From Candidatus Heimdallarchaeota archaeon (GTDB lineage Archaea > Asgardarchaeota > Heimdallarchaeia > Heimdallarchaeales > Heimdallarchaeaceae), in the NCBI GenBank assembly GCA_019057815.1, contig JAHLWR010000005.1, positions 32,001 to 96,000 of the forward strand: a stretch of DNA of 64,000 bases. Direction: 5' to 3'. The notes under the pieces are model-generated. The model did not search any database and was not told where the DNA came from. It worked only from the letters and a program-made list of their open reading frames with translations. The translations under genes were made by a program, and so were the position numbers. This document shows, in pieces, positions 17,853-27,583 of this stretch (position 1 is the first letter of the stretch; every line of letters starts with the position of its first letter).

Positions 17853-18230
17853 ATGGTTTCAAATGTAATCAAGGAAGAATGGAAAATAGCAAATGAAAGA
17901 ATTCGTATGACACTAGTTATTCTTATATTTTGGGTTGTTTTGACAATACTTGGTATATCGGGTGCTATAAACCTAACCACGAATTATAACTACTTTTTAG
18001 TATATGCAATAATGTCACCATCAGCTATAGTCATCTTACTTCTCGGTATGGGAATACAAATTGAACCGCTCTTAAAAGTGATAATCAAGGGAAGAAAAAC
18101 AAAGGAAAATGTATGGTCACTGGAAGAAAAACTTCAGCCTAGTATTGAAAAAAGAACAAAAAGAAGCGAAATGTTTCAACTATTAGCCATCTTATTACTA
18201 CTAATTTCGCTAATTTTTGTTTCTATTTAA
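17853..18230 (+). CDS. Small membrane protein (3 TM), unknown function
   Basis: Three hydrophobic segments; begins 6 nt after the mutase stop. Confidence 0.6.
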   Translation: MVSNVIKEEWKIANERIRMTLVILIFWVVLTILGISGAINLTTNYNYFLVYAIMSPSAIVILLLGMGIQIEPLLKVIIKGRKTKENVWSLEEKLQPSIEKRTKRSEMFQLLAILLLLISLIFVSI

Positions 18231-18241
18231 CTAAGTTGGTT

Positions 18242-19228
18242 TTAACTTTCTCTATCAAGTTTTTTCTCAAATTTTGAAAGAGATTGGGGTATATCATCCT
18301 CTTTCAGTACTTTTGTAAACTCTAATGCAATTAGACCCATCAATCGTTCTCTATTTGATTCATCAGTTTTCATAAAAATGAAGCGCCCATTAGGAATTTG
18401 TTTTGCAATTTTAGGATACTCTGTTTGATTGTGGATTCTGTCTATAGTTCCATTAAGGACGAAAACCTCCTCTTTAATCCTATGCAAATTTCCATAGAGT
18501 TCAAAATCCTTTACTTCTTCCGCTCCTTTTTTCCATTTCCATGGAACTGCATTGTCTATAAAGGCGATGGTACGTTGCTTCTGAACTTTTTCTTTCATTC
18601 CAAAAGTTACTATTCTTTTTATTATTGGTCTTAACAAATTAGCAATAAAAATTGGTAGTATTGGGGAAACATAGCGTAGTATCCATTTTGGAAACCACAA
18701 AGTGTGCATAGGATCTGTTGCTAGAATCGTAGGAGCTGTTAGTATACCTTCGATAAGCCCGTGAAGAATAATGGATGAACCCCAACAAGTTCCGTGAAGA
18801 ACAAAGTCGCTATCGCTTAACTTCAAGTAATTAATTGCATCCTGAACATCCTTTGCTTTCTGACTCATGTCCATTCTGGCTTTTGTTTTATCTAAGATGC
18901 TACTACCTTTCTCTCTTGTTTCTATAAAGTAACATTCAACCTTATCGTGTATTGGTTCGTAGAAATCCTCATAAGCATGAGGTATTCCTCCCCAACCAGG
19001 GATTAATACCAAAGGTCTTTTGGAAACAGGCTTTATTGGTTTAATATGGAAAACCCTAATTTGACCATCATCAACAGGGATGTAGAAGTTGTTACTAACC
19101 TCATCACTCCAAAAATCAGGAGTTTTTATTCTTGTTGCATCAAGCATTTTAGCTACTTCTGCTTCATTTTCTTTTGTCGAGGTTATTTCTGGAGGTGTTG
19201 ACGAATCATCAACTAGTTTCTTTGGCAT
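18242..19228 (-). CDS. Alpha/beta hydrolase fold protein
   Basis: LVLIPGWGG oxyanion loop, ETREKGSS, nucleophile elbow GTCWG, NGTID. Confidence 0.8.
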   Translation of the reverse strand: MPKKLVDDSSTPPEITSTKENEAEVAKMLDATRIKTPDFWSDEVSNNFYIPVDDGQIRVFHIKPIKPVSKRPLVLIPGWGGIPHAYEDFYEPIHDKVECYFIETREKGSSILDKTKARMDMSQKAKDVQDAINYLKLSDSDFVLHGTCWGSSIILHGLIEGILTAPTILATDPMHTLWFPKWILRYVSPILPIFIANLLRPIIKRIVTFGMKEKVQKQRTIAFIDNAVPWKWKKGAEEVKDFELYGNLHRIKEEVFVLNGTIDRIHNQTEYPKIAKQIPNGRFIFMKTDESNRERLMGLIALEFTKVLKEDDIPQSLSKFEKKLDRES

Positions 19229-19760
19229 AGTTTACATTTAATTTAGTAGGTTTTAATTTTTCTCGTTGAAGTAATTAGACCCCCGTGTTGAATGGTGTTC
19301 TTTTGACAACTATCTACTGGATTCCAGTCGAAATATTGGTGTTGTAAATGCTACAGAGGTTATTGAAAGTAATCTACACCTCATTAGAAGAAATCAAAGT
19401 TATTAATCAGTTGTGAAGAGAAATCAAACAGTTAAACTAACATTAATAATCAGATTTCGTTCCTATTGTAGGGAGCAAAATAAACTTCCAAAACAGCTAA
19501 TTAATTGAAATAATATCTTATTAGAAGGGTGTTTGAAGGACAAAGCAACCTTGTTGTTTAGGTCACTTTCTGGGGAAGGGTCCTTACCACAAAGTAAATC
19601 TTACATCGGCTGAATCCTTGTTCTATGCAAATTTTCTCTGCTTATTTTTTAGTACTCATAATTTTCTACTTAGACTCAAGTAATTACTTTTGTTTTAAAG
19701 TAGGTAAAATTAACAAATTATTTCCTAAAAGGACAAGAAACAGATAATGGTTTTGTGGTG

Positions 19761-19768
19761 TTTATATA
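19761..19768 (+). promoter_or_regulatory. Putative TATA box of the small pilin gene
   Basis: TTTATATA about 30 nt upstream of ATG 19797; GTGAGG SD-like element at 19788-19793. Confidence 0.45.
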
Positions 19769-19796
19769 TAATTAAATAGAGAAAGAAGTGAGGAAA

Positions 19797-19967
19797 ATGA
19801 AAGTTCTACAATATATAAGAATGCTAAAATACAGAAAAAGAGGTTCTCCCATTCTAGAGGAGATTTTACTTATAGGCATTGCTGTTCTGATTTTCGTAAT
19901 TATCTTTGGTATAGTGGCTAGTTTGCTCGATTGGACAGAATCGGGTATAAAGGACTTCTTTTCATAG
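19797..19967 (+). CDS. Flp-sized type IV pilin-like protein (56 aa, not in ORF track)
   Basis: Hand translation MKVLQYIRMLKYRKRG|SPILEEILLIGIAVLIFVIIFGIVASLLDWTESGIKDFFS: basic leader, Gly(-1), Glu(+5), hydrophobic helix. Confidence 0.75.
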   Translation: MKVLQYIRMLKYRKRGSPILEEILLIGIAVLIFVIIFGIVASLLDWTESGIKDFFS

Positions 19968-20054
19968 AACTCGTTTAAAAACTTACTATAAATCATTTTC
20001 TTGGTGTTTTATGTGATTCTTTAGGATTATTTTTGAAGATCAACATTTCTCGTT

Positions 20055-20076
20055 GGGGGAAGTTATCTTCCCTTTT
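20055..20076 (+). terminator. Hairpin downstream of the pilin gene, possible terminator
   Basis: GGGGGAAG-TTAT-CTTCCCTT followed by T residues. Confidence 0.35.
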
Positions 20077-20142
20077 AGTGAAAAAATGTGGTTGCTCAAA
20101 CATTTACACAACAATATTTTTTAACGTTCCTTAAGAATTGAC

Positions 20143-21093
20143 TTGATGTCATTTGGTGTAGGGGTCATTTTATCTTTTACCGCTGCGATTGCTTGGGGTT
20201 CCTCTATGGTTATTTTTAAAGTGGGGATAAAAAATACTGACCCTTTAGTAGCAACATACATCAAAGGAATTGTTGCAGTACCTGTTTTGATATTATTAAG
20301 CTGGATCTTATTTGGTGTTGAATCCTTCGCACTACTTTTTACTTATCCTAATTCTTTATGGCTTCTTTTAGCGACTGTTAGTATAGCCTTTGGGGATTTT
20401 TTCTCACTTTTTGCTCTTAAGAAAATTAATGTTTCAATTGCGCAACCCATCTCTGCAGTTTACCCGTTCTTCACAACGCTTATTCTGTTAATAGCTAAAA
20501 TAGAAGAAATCACTTGGATAATAATTACAGGAACACTCGTAATTATCTTTGGTGTATCTATTATTTCATATTTCACTCAAAAAACAAGTAATCAAGAAGC
20601 AAAAAGGGAACATGATAAAAACAACGGAAAAAATACAATTTATGGAATCATACTATCTGTACTCGCAGCTACTTTTTGGGGATTAACAATTGTATTCACA
20701 AAGTTGATCTTGAATAGCGAAAGCGTCGAAGTCATATCGATGATGGGAATAAGGAATGGTTTAATGGTAGTGATTGCTTTCATACTCGTACTAATTCGTG
20801 CTACTATTAGAAGAGATAATTTCATGAAAAACATCTTTACTCAAAAGAAAGAAGCGTTTATTTTAATGGGAGGAGGAGCTATTGCGTGGTGCATAGGAGG
20901 TGTTTCATTTTTTACAGCTGTCACAATAATAGGAGCGGGAATCAGCACGCCGTTATCATCAATTTCACCGTTCATAGTCACAATTCTGAGTTTGGTTTTT
21001 CTTAAAGAGAAAATCACAAGAAAACAAATACTGGGCATAATTATCATTGTTGTGGGATCTATACTTCTCTCGTTGAATGAAAATTTTGGCTAA
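20143..21093 (+). CDS. EamA/DMT family transporter
   Basis: Two 5-TM repeats; AAIAWG, PISAVYPFFT, AATFWG, FLKEKIT. Confidence 0.9.
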   Translation: MMSFGVGVILSFTAAIAWGSSMVIFKVGIKNTDPLVATYIKGIVAVPVLILLSWILFGVESFALLFTYPNSLWLLLATVSIAFGDFFSLFALKKINVSIAQPISAVYPFFTTLILLIAKIEEITWIIITGTLVIIFGVSIISYFTQKTSNQEAKREHDKNNGKNTIYGIILSVLAATFWGLTIVFTKLILNSESVEVISMMGIRNGLMVVIAFILVLIRATIRRDNFMKNIFTQKKEAFILMGGGAIAWCIGGVSFFTAVTIIGAGISTPLSSISPFIVTILSLVFLKEKITRKQILGIIIIVVGSILLSLNENFG

Positions 21094-21222
21094 AGATTTC
21101 TTCGCACAATTAAAATCATTGTAAGCGCCTTTTCATAAGATAATTCAAAAATAAAATATTAAAAACAGACAAAACAAAAGTCATAAAACAGCTTACTTGA
21201 ATACAAACGAGGAGGTTAAATT

Positions 21223-21696
21223 ATGACAAAAGCAATAATTGAAACCAATAAAGGCATAATTAAAATCGAATTCTTTGATGAACATACACCCAATACAGTG
21301 AAGAATTTTACATCATTGGTGAGTTCTGGTTTTTATAATGGAGTAAGCTTTCATCGCGTAATTCCGGATTTTATGATACAAGGAGGAGATCCAGAAGGTT
21401 CTGGGCGAGGTGGTCCAAGATATAAAATTGCAGATGAAGTTGACAATCCTGTTCAAAAACATGTTAATGGAGCATTAAGTATGGCAAATTCAGGACCAAA
21501 TACAAATGGTTCGCAATTCTTTATTGTATTAAATTCAAATAGTTGTAAACACTTGGATAGGAAGCATACAGTTTTTGGGAAAACAATTGAAGGGATGGAT
21601 ACGGTAAAGAAAATAGTTCAAGGAGATAAAATACTCAAAGTAACAATAGAAGAGGAATCAAATCTTATCAAAAATCATACTCTACAAAAACTGTAA
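21223..21696 (+). CDS. Cyclophilin-type peptidyl-prolyl isomerase
   Basis: FHRVIPDFMIQGGDP, LSMANSGPNTNGSQFF, HLD.KHTVFG; GGAGG SD. Confidence 0.96.
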   Translation: MTKAIIETNKGIIKIEFFDEHTPNTVKNFTSLVSSGFYNGVSFHRVIPDFMIQGGDPEGSGRGGPRYKIADEVDNPVQKHVNGALSMANSGPNTNGSQFFIVLNSNSCKHLDRKHTVFGKTIEGMDTVKKIVQGDKILKVTIEEESNLIKNHTLQKL

Positions 21697-21699
21697 AGA

Positions 21700-22995
21700 T
21701 TAGTACCTTAATTGTAATGGCTTCAAATTTATCTTAGAGATTTTATTCTCAAGATACATTTTTAGTTCTTTTTTCACTTTCCTTCTTAAACTACCAAGTG
21801 TTATATTCTGTTTAGTTTGTTCATAATAATCGAGAATCTTTTCTTTAGACTCTTTCTGAAGGATAAGCACTCTGGAAATATTCCATGATGCTACTACATT
21901 AGATGGATTATACTTCAAGGAAAGAGAGAAGTGTTTTCTAGCTTTTTCAAAATCGGCATTAGAAAAAGCTTTGAGTCCTTGATTAGCTAACCGTAAAGAT
22001 TCTAAGACAATAACTTCTGGACTAAAGAAAGGTCTTAATTCGGGTTTTAAGCTCTTAAAGTAAGAGAACTCTGTCTCATCAAATTCATTCTCTAGAAGAT
22101 TGCGCGTGATTTTTTCATTCCAATGAGAATAAAATTCTAGTAATGATAGATTGAAATCATTAGTACTTTTTTTCCAGTTTACCCAATTTGAGAAGAAGAG
22201 AGAAGTAGCATTAATAGTAATTAAGTAGTCTAGAATATTTACTGAAATCCTTTCAGTAATACTGCTAGGAAGAAGACTTACGTATATTTTTGCAAGTTTT
22301 GGGTGGATAATTGAAAAACATGCAGTTAATAAAGTAATATCACTTATATTCATAGATCCCCTCTTTAGCAAAAAAGCCTCCAAGGGCTTACAACAATTAT
22401 TCTCAACGGATTCAAGGAATTCAGTATCACATTCTTCAAACTCTTTCAAAACCATCCATCGAAAAGATGTAATTAAATTCAACTTATTTTGCGAAACATC
22501 TTGAGGTTTCATCGCTTCTATTCTAAAACTCTTTTCATCATAATAACTAGTTTGTCTTTTCCTTCTTATTTTTTTAAAACCTGTAGAATGAAGCCTGTTT
22601 TTAAGAAATGTGGAAGTTAATCCTATTTTATGCACATTACCAGGTACGTCAACTCCAAAAAGGAATCTTAGAGTGCTAACTTTTCTCTTGGAGGATTGGA
22701 AAGGCAGTCCTATTACTAATCGAAATAGTGCAGGAGATTCGATTGAAAGTTCACCACCCGGTTCTAATACTCGAAACATTTCTGCTAAAAGGAAGGGTAG
22801 TTGAGTAACATCAAAGTGTTCTACAATGTGTGATGCTTCTATTACACTTATACTATTATCCTCATAAGGTAAAGACAGAATGTCAACTTCTTTATCTGCG
22901 ATTCCTGATTCAAATTTATCTATGTTTTCATAACCAGGTTTGTAAAAAATCCCACACCCTAAATTCAATTTAATAACACAATCATCACTTCTCAA
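21700..22995 (-). CDS. Class I SAM methyltransferase domain fused to helical/TPR C-terminus
   Basis: LNLGCG, LPYEDNS..ASHIVEH, RVLEPGG; TPR-like GLKAF..FEKARKHF..SLKYNP..N. Confidence 0.75.
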   Translation of the reverse strand: MRSDDCVIKLNLGCGIFYKPGYENIDKFESGIADKEVDILSLPYEDNSISVIEASHIVEHFDVTQLPFLLAEMFRVLEPGGELSIESPALFRLVIGLPFQSSKRKVSTLRFLFGVDVPGNVHKIGLTSTFLKNRLHSTGFKKIRRKRQTSYYDEKSFRIEAMKPQDVSQNKLNLITSFRWMVLKEFEECDTEFLESVENNCCKPLEAFLLKRGSMNISDITLLTACFSIIHPKLAKIYVSLLPSSITERISVNILDYLITINATSLFFSNWVNWKKSTNDFNLSLLEFYSHWNEKITRNLLENEFDETEFSYFKSLKPELRPFFSPEVIVLESLRLANQGLKAFSNADFEKARKHFSLSLKYNPSNVVASWNISRVLILQKESKEKILDYYEQTKQNITLGSLRRKVKKELKMYLENKISKINLKPLQLRY

Positions 22996-24056
22996 TGCTT
23001 TATCTTCTCCTTTATTCGTTCTTTTTTTGGTGGTTTTATGTCAAATTTCTCTTCTTCGATTCTTCTCATACAATATGGTGTATTATGTAATTGACCAGTA
23101 AAATGTAGTGAAACTGAGTTACATCCCCCTTTACAATCCAAACCATAGAAACAGTCTTTACAATTTTCTCCTAATTGACTTTGATCAAATGAACGATTAT
23201 ATGCAAAAGAATTAGAATCTTCCCAGATATCTACAAAACTCCTTTCTCTTACATTACCTTCAATATACTGATTATTACCCATTGAAAGACAACCTACTAT
23301 TGAACCATCAGACGTTATACCAATAGAGGAAATACCAGCAGTGCAACCTTTCCATTTCTTACTCTTTGGAAGCAGATGAGAATGATATCCATAACAATGA
23401 GCACCTACAACAGGCATATCATTGAACTTGTTCTTGACATTTTCTGAAACAATAAACATGGCTGAAGCATAATACTCTTCAACATCAATAGCCAACGAAC
23501 GATCGAAATTACCAAAAGGTTCTGCAATTTGTATTTGCCAATTAACTTCTCGCTTTTTCAAAAGAGATCTAAGTTTTAAAAGATCTGAGAAATTGGTTTT
23601 GCTTATTGTTGTAATAACAGTAACTTGAATATTTTCCTTGAGAAGCATATCAATAGCTTCTAAAGCTACTTTAAAACTTCCATCTCTTCTTATCGAATCA
23701 TGTGTTTTTTCAATCCCATCTAACGATATCCCTACAACAGTTGGCTCTAGACGGGAAAGTTTGTCTACTATATTGGGAACTAACAAACCATTAGATACAA
23801 ACGCAAGATTCATACCCAAATCTTTTACACACCAAGAAATATCATGCCAATCTGGATGAACAAATGGTTCACCACCCATTAAACTAACCATATCACAATT
23901 CGCTTGAGCTAGTTCCTCACAAAGACTGAAACATTCTTGAGTAGACAACTCATTAAGTCTTGAACTACCTGCACTTGAACCACAGTGTTTACATCGCATA
24001 TTACAAGCTAAAGTTAGTTCCCAAACTGCGCACCCTAGTTTTCTCATTAATTTCAC
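22992..24056 (-). CDS. Radical SAM/SPASM domain protein
   Basis: CNMRCKHC, GGEP, ISLDG..HDSIR; SPASM cysteines CTAG..GC..CKDC..CKGGC..YC. Confidence 0.93.
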   Translation of the reverse strand: MKLMRKLGCAVWELTLACNMRCKHCGSSAGSSRLNELSTQECFSLCEELAQANCDMVSLMGGEPFVHPDWHDISWCVKDLGMNLAFVSNGLLVPNIVDKLSRLEPTVVGISLDGIEKTHDSIRRDGSFKVALEAIDMLLKENIQVTVITTISKTNFSDLLKLRSLLKKREVNWQIQIAEPFGNFDRSLAIDVEEYYASAMFIVSENVKNKFNDMPVVGAHCYGYHSHLLPKSKKWKGCTAGISSIGITSDGSIVGCLSMGNNQYIEGNVRERSFVDIWEDSNSFAYNRSFDQSQLGENCKDCFYGLDCKGGCNSVSLHFTGQLHNTPYCMRRIEEEKFDIKPPKKERIKEKIKH

Positions 24057-24328
24057 TTAATCAATGCTAATTAAATATAATTACTTCGCTGAAGGATTAG
24101 GTTGAAAATTTATAAGTATTATTCTTAAATAGATAGGGATTCGTATATATCAATAGAATATTGCATTTATTACACTATCACCCTCTATCCACAAGTTTCG
24201 TTGGTACGGGAACATCACACTGTTTATTAAAAATTTAGAGGAAGAATGTAAATGGAATTAATTAACTAATTTCATTTCTTATTAAAAGATAATTAAAAGA
24301 TTTTTTGCTGAGTAACATAAAAACTCAA

Positions 24329-24865
24329 CTATTCTTTGGTATAAACGCCATATTCTACAGCTTGCCCAAGTTCCATCAATTCTTCAAAGACAGATGTCCC
24401 GCCAGTTAATTTATGCAATGAAGCAAAAAGCAGAGCTGAAAAAATCAGACCAAATATAGAAATAAGAGAATAAATCAAATAATGTTTTCTTTTAAATTCA
24501 GTTCGTCTTGAAGAGAGGAAGACAGCACTTGGAACAAACTGAATAAGGTAGTTAATAGGGTTAGCAAGAACAAAGACCATATCTTTTGCAAAACTATAAG
24601 GATAGGTTGGATGTCCCCAATCGTAAGCAAAACTGCCATGTGTCAAGAATTTGGGAATATGATAAACACTAGCAAGTCCTCCAAACATAAGATAAGTAAT
24701 GAAATTAGTAAAAATAAAAAAAATCTGAGTAAAGAACTGAATTAATACAAATAAACGGGGAGAGGACATATTTCTAATCTTCTTGAATTTTCTGACAGAG
24801 TCATAATCCACACCAAGTTTCTTTGTAACATCATTGAGTTTCTTCTCGTTGATAAGAATCACCAT
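24329..24865 (-). CDS. Hypothetical membrane protein (about 3 TM)
   Basis: 178-aa ORF with three hydrophobic segments. Confidence 0.55.
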   Translation of the reverse strand: MVILINEKKLNDVTKKLGVDYDSVRKFKKIRNMSSPRLFVLIQFFTQIFFIFTNFITYLMFGGLASVYHIPKFLTHGSFAYDWGHPTYPYSFAKDMVFVLANPINYLIQFVPSAVFLSSRRTEFKRKHYLIYSLISIFGLIFSALLFASLHKLTGGTSVFEELMELGQAVEYGVYTKE

Positions 24866-25066
24866 TTACAAATAATTTTCTTGTTATATATTAGTCAGAA
24901 GAATTAATAAAATTTTCTCATAAAAATACATTATACTCTATTTAAGCTTATATTTTAATTTCTTGTTTAACTAATTAATCCTACAAATCACAAAACAACA
25001 GAAAAAGGAAGAATTACTCGAATTAGAAATAAAAGAAAGCACTTCAAATATAAAAAAGGTTTTTTT

Positions 25067-25221
25067 TGGTGGCTTGGGGGGGTATTTCGCCCTTTTCTTC
25101 ACGAGCAATAGAGTTTCGATCCCCCGACCTCAGGATTTCTCATCCTGAGATTTTACTGGCATTCTAGCCCTTTGTTACAAGATTATGAGTCCTGCGCTCT
25201 AGCCAGCTGAGCTACCAAGCC
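25067..25221 (-). tRNA. tRNA(CAT), probably elongator Met (Ile2 not excluded), with two introns: 37/38 (25137..25183) and 59/60 (25084..25114)
   Basis: GGCTTGG/CCAAGCC acceptor, A73, CCA. Anticodon stem CAGGA/TCCTG. Strict BHB at intron 1 (CTCA/TGAG, 3-nt bulges). T stem GGGGG/CCCCC interrupted by 31 nt. Removing both introns gives 77 nt. Confidence 0.88.
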
Positions 25222-25239
25222 ATGTTTTATTTTAGTAAC

Positions 25240-25788
25240 TTATTTCTTTCTAAGGTACTCTTTTACTAAATCCTCACCTTTTCCTATCTTATAACTACAA
25301 GGAGTGGGGAATCTATCTGATGCTCTTTTTAGTGCATCCAACGCCTCATGATATTTCTCTGGATGGATTCTTACTGTTATCAGTTCTTGACCAACTTTTA
25401 CTCTTGCTGCTCTATCTGTTGACTTTCCGAAAGATCTTCTCATTCCATCCTGTATTCTATCAGCTCCAGCTACTGCCATCATTTTATTTTCTCTCAAAAT
25501 GTGGTGAGGATGGATTCTTATTGTCATATGGTAATATTCTGTTCCTATATTTCTTTGCAATTGCCTATTAACAGCTATTCTTGAGGCTTCTAAAGCAGTG
25601 TGCCTTATTTGACATCTTTCCTTTGCCACTAGATGAACATGAACTGGAAAATCACCTTGCCTATTTCCAGCATCATAAGAACGTATTCTTGAGTCAGGAA
25701 CACCTCTCACGAACTTACCTACTCTTGTATTTGCTGGACCTCTTACATGAGTATAACATCTTGCAGGTCTTTTACCCATTTTTCTCAC
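25240..25788 (-). CDS. rpl10e: 50S ribosomal protein uL16 (L10e)
   Basis: GKRPARCY, QIRHTALEASR, RENKM..AGADRIQDGMR.SFGK. Confidence 0.97.
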   Translation of the reverse strand: MRKMGKRPARCYTHVRGPANTRVGKFVRGVPDSRIRSYDAGNRQGDFPVHVHLVAKERCQIRHTALEASRIAVNRQLQRNIGTEYYHMTIRIHPHHILRENKMMAVAGADRIQDGMRRSFGKSTDRAARVKVGQELITVRIHPEKYHEALDALKRASDRFPTPCSYKIGKGEDLVKEYLRKK

Positions 25789-25792
25789 CTTA

Positions 25793-26362
25793 TTACCGTG
25801 CAGATAGAGCTATGCGCTCGATTTCTCTTCTCTTCTTAACTGCAACACTTGCTGCATCATTGTTTGCAGCAAGAATCAATTCGTCCGCTACTATCTCTTC
25901 AGCACTTTTTATATTGTTGAAACTTTTTTGATAAATAGCAGCTGTTATGTATCGTAATGCGAGATCAACTCTTCTAAGAGGGGAAATATCCACTGATTGA
26001 TGTGTTGCAACTCCTCCATAGCTTATACGAGTTGTTTCCTCTCGTGGAGCAACATTACAAATCGCATCAACTAAAGCTTGTACTGGACTTTTTCCCGTCC
26101 TTAAATTAATTATCTCAAATGCTACTTTTATAATGTTTATTGCTCTTTGTTTCTTTCCGGCATTCTTTCCTTTTCTCATTAGTTTGTTTACAAACCTTTC
26201 AACTATGTTCATTTCTGCTTTCTTGAATCGTTGATCTTGATATCTACCGCTTGAATGAGGTAGATACACAGGCTTGAGAGAGATATATCTTCTTAGACCA
26301 GGATCATTTACTTCAACTTCTTCGAAATCCCATTTGCCGAAAAGCTGAATTTCTTCGCTCAT
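25793..26362 (-). CDS. rps7: 30S ribosomal protein uS7
   Basis: [45 protein letters not shown]. Confidence 0.97.
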   Translation of the reverse strand: MSEEIQLFGKWDFEEVEVNDPGLRRYISLKPVYLPHSSGRYQDQRFKKAEMNIVERFVNKLMRKGKNAGKKQRAINIIKVAFEIINLRTGKSPVQALVDAICNVAPREETTRISYGGVATHQSVDISPLRRVDLALRYITAAIYQKSFNNIKSAEEIVADELILAANNDAASVAVKKRREIERIALSAR

Positions 26363-26521
26363 TTTAGAATCCTCTTTCAACTAATTTAGGCAAGGCATGT
26401 TTAGTTTAAAAATCTGATGTTGAAAGACAGAATGATATAAAACTAGTACGACGTTTAATTCTATTAGTTAAAAATGTTGAATATCAAGAAAAAAAGAAGA
26501 AGATTTGCTTCTTTCATAACT

Positions 26522-27583
26522 TTAACACTTTAGCTTCTTTATCAACCATGGAAATAGTAGTATTATGATTGGCCCAAGCAGTGAATAAACTACCAAATCA
26601 ACAATTGGTTTGGTCGTTGTTACAGGATCAGGATCATAAAATACGTTATCGTATAAGTAAATAAGTGTTATAACAACAATTCCAAAAATTACTCTAACTA
26701 TAATCTTCCACCATTTGTCTACTTTATTCTCAAAGTTTACAAAATTATCTTCTAATATATATGACATTGATACAGTAATAAAAAAGGTCAAATATTTTAG
26801 ATTACTAAACATATACTCTTTTTCAGCTTGAACTCCTAAGTCGTGTAAGAAGATTATTGGTAATGCAATTACAACAAGTAGTAAGCCAATATATAACATT
26901 TTTATAACAGTTGACTGTTTTTCCAAGTGATTCTCAATAGGTTGTTTTATTGTAAGATATATAGCTATAATAATCAAACCCAAACCAAAACCCATGAGCA
27001 CATCTGTAAACCAGTGGACAACTAAATATATTCTTGAAAAACCTATTAACAAGGGTAATATTATGGCAACAGTTATCATTCCCCATTTTGTTATGAAAGA
27101 TGTTAATACACCCCAAAAAGTAGAACTTATTTGAGCATGACCACTAGGTAAACCGTAGGAAGGCTCACCTGGATCAGTATATCCCCAAGATGTATTGGGT
27201 CTGTCTAGACTAAAAGCAGCTTTTGAGGATGCATTAATTACTGTTGAGGAAAATACTAAAAAAATAGCTCTGTAAGCTTTCTTTTTATCCCAAGCATAAT
27301 AAAGAATTAATAGAACGCCAATATATATAATTGATTCTCCAAGATAAGTTATTACTTTCATTATTGATTCTAAGGTACTATTGTCAATACTAAAGAAAAA
27401 ATCTGCAATTGCTTTATCAACAGGATTAGCTCTGTTTGGATGATACGCATAAACTATAACTAATGATGCGGTTATTAATGCTACTCCTATTCCTAGTATT
27501 ATTATTGCAACGATGTTTTTCTTTTTCATAGTGCGCAAAATCGTCATCGGTTGCTGATAAATGTTTCTTCTTTCTTGACTCAA
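26522..27583 (-). CDS. PAP2 superfamily membrane phosphatase
   Basis: K-x6-RP, PSGH, SRIYLVVHW..D motifs; multiple TM segments. Confidence 0.92.
   Translation of the reverse strand: MSQERRNIYQQPMTILRTMKKKNIVAIIILGIGVALITASLVIVYAYHPNRANPVDKAIADFFFSIDNSTLESIMKVITYLGESIIYIGVLLILYYAWDKKKAYRAIFLVFSSTVINASSKAAFSLDRPNTSWGYTDPGEPSYGLPSGHAQISSTFWGVLTSFITKWGMITVAIILPLLIGFSRIYLVVHWFTDVLMGFGLGLIIIAIYLTIKQPIENHLEKQSTVIKMLYIGLLLVVIALPIIFLHDLGVQAEKEYMFSNLKYLTFFITVSMSYILEDNFVNFENKVDKWWKIIVRVIFGIVVITLIYLYDNVFYDPDPVTTTKPIVDLVVYSLLGPIIILLFPWLIKKLKC

Noticed and set aside
19772-19996. 74-aa minus-strand ORF from the track
   Set aside because: Antisense shadow of the pilin gene, which has TATA, SD and a recognisable motif.
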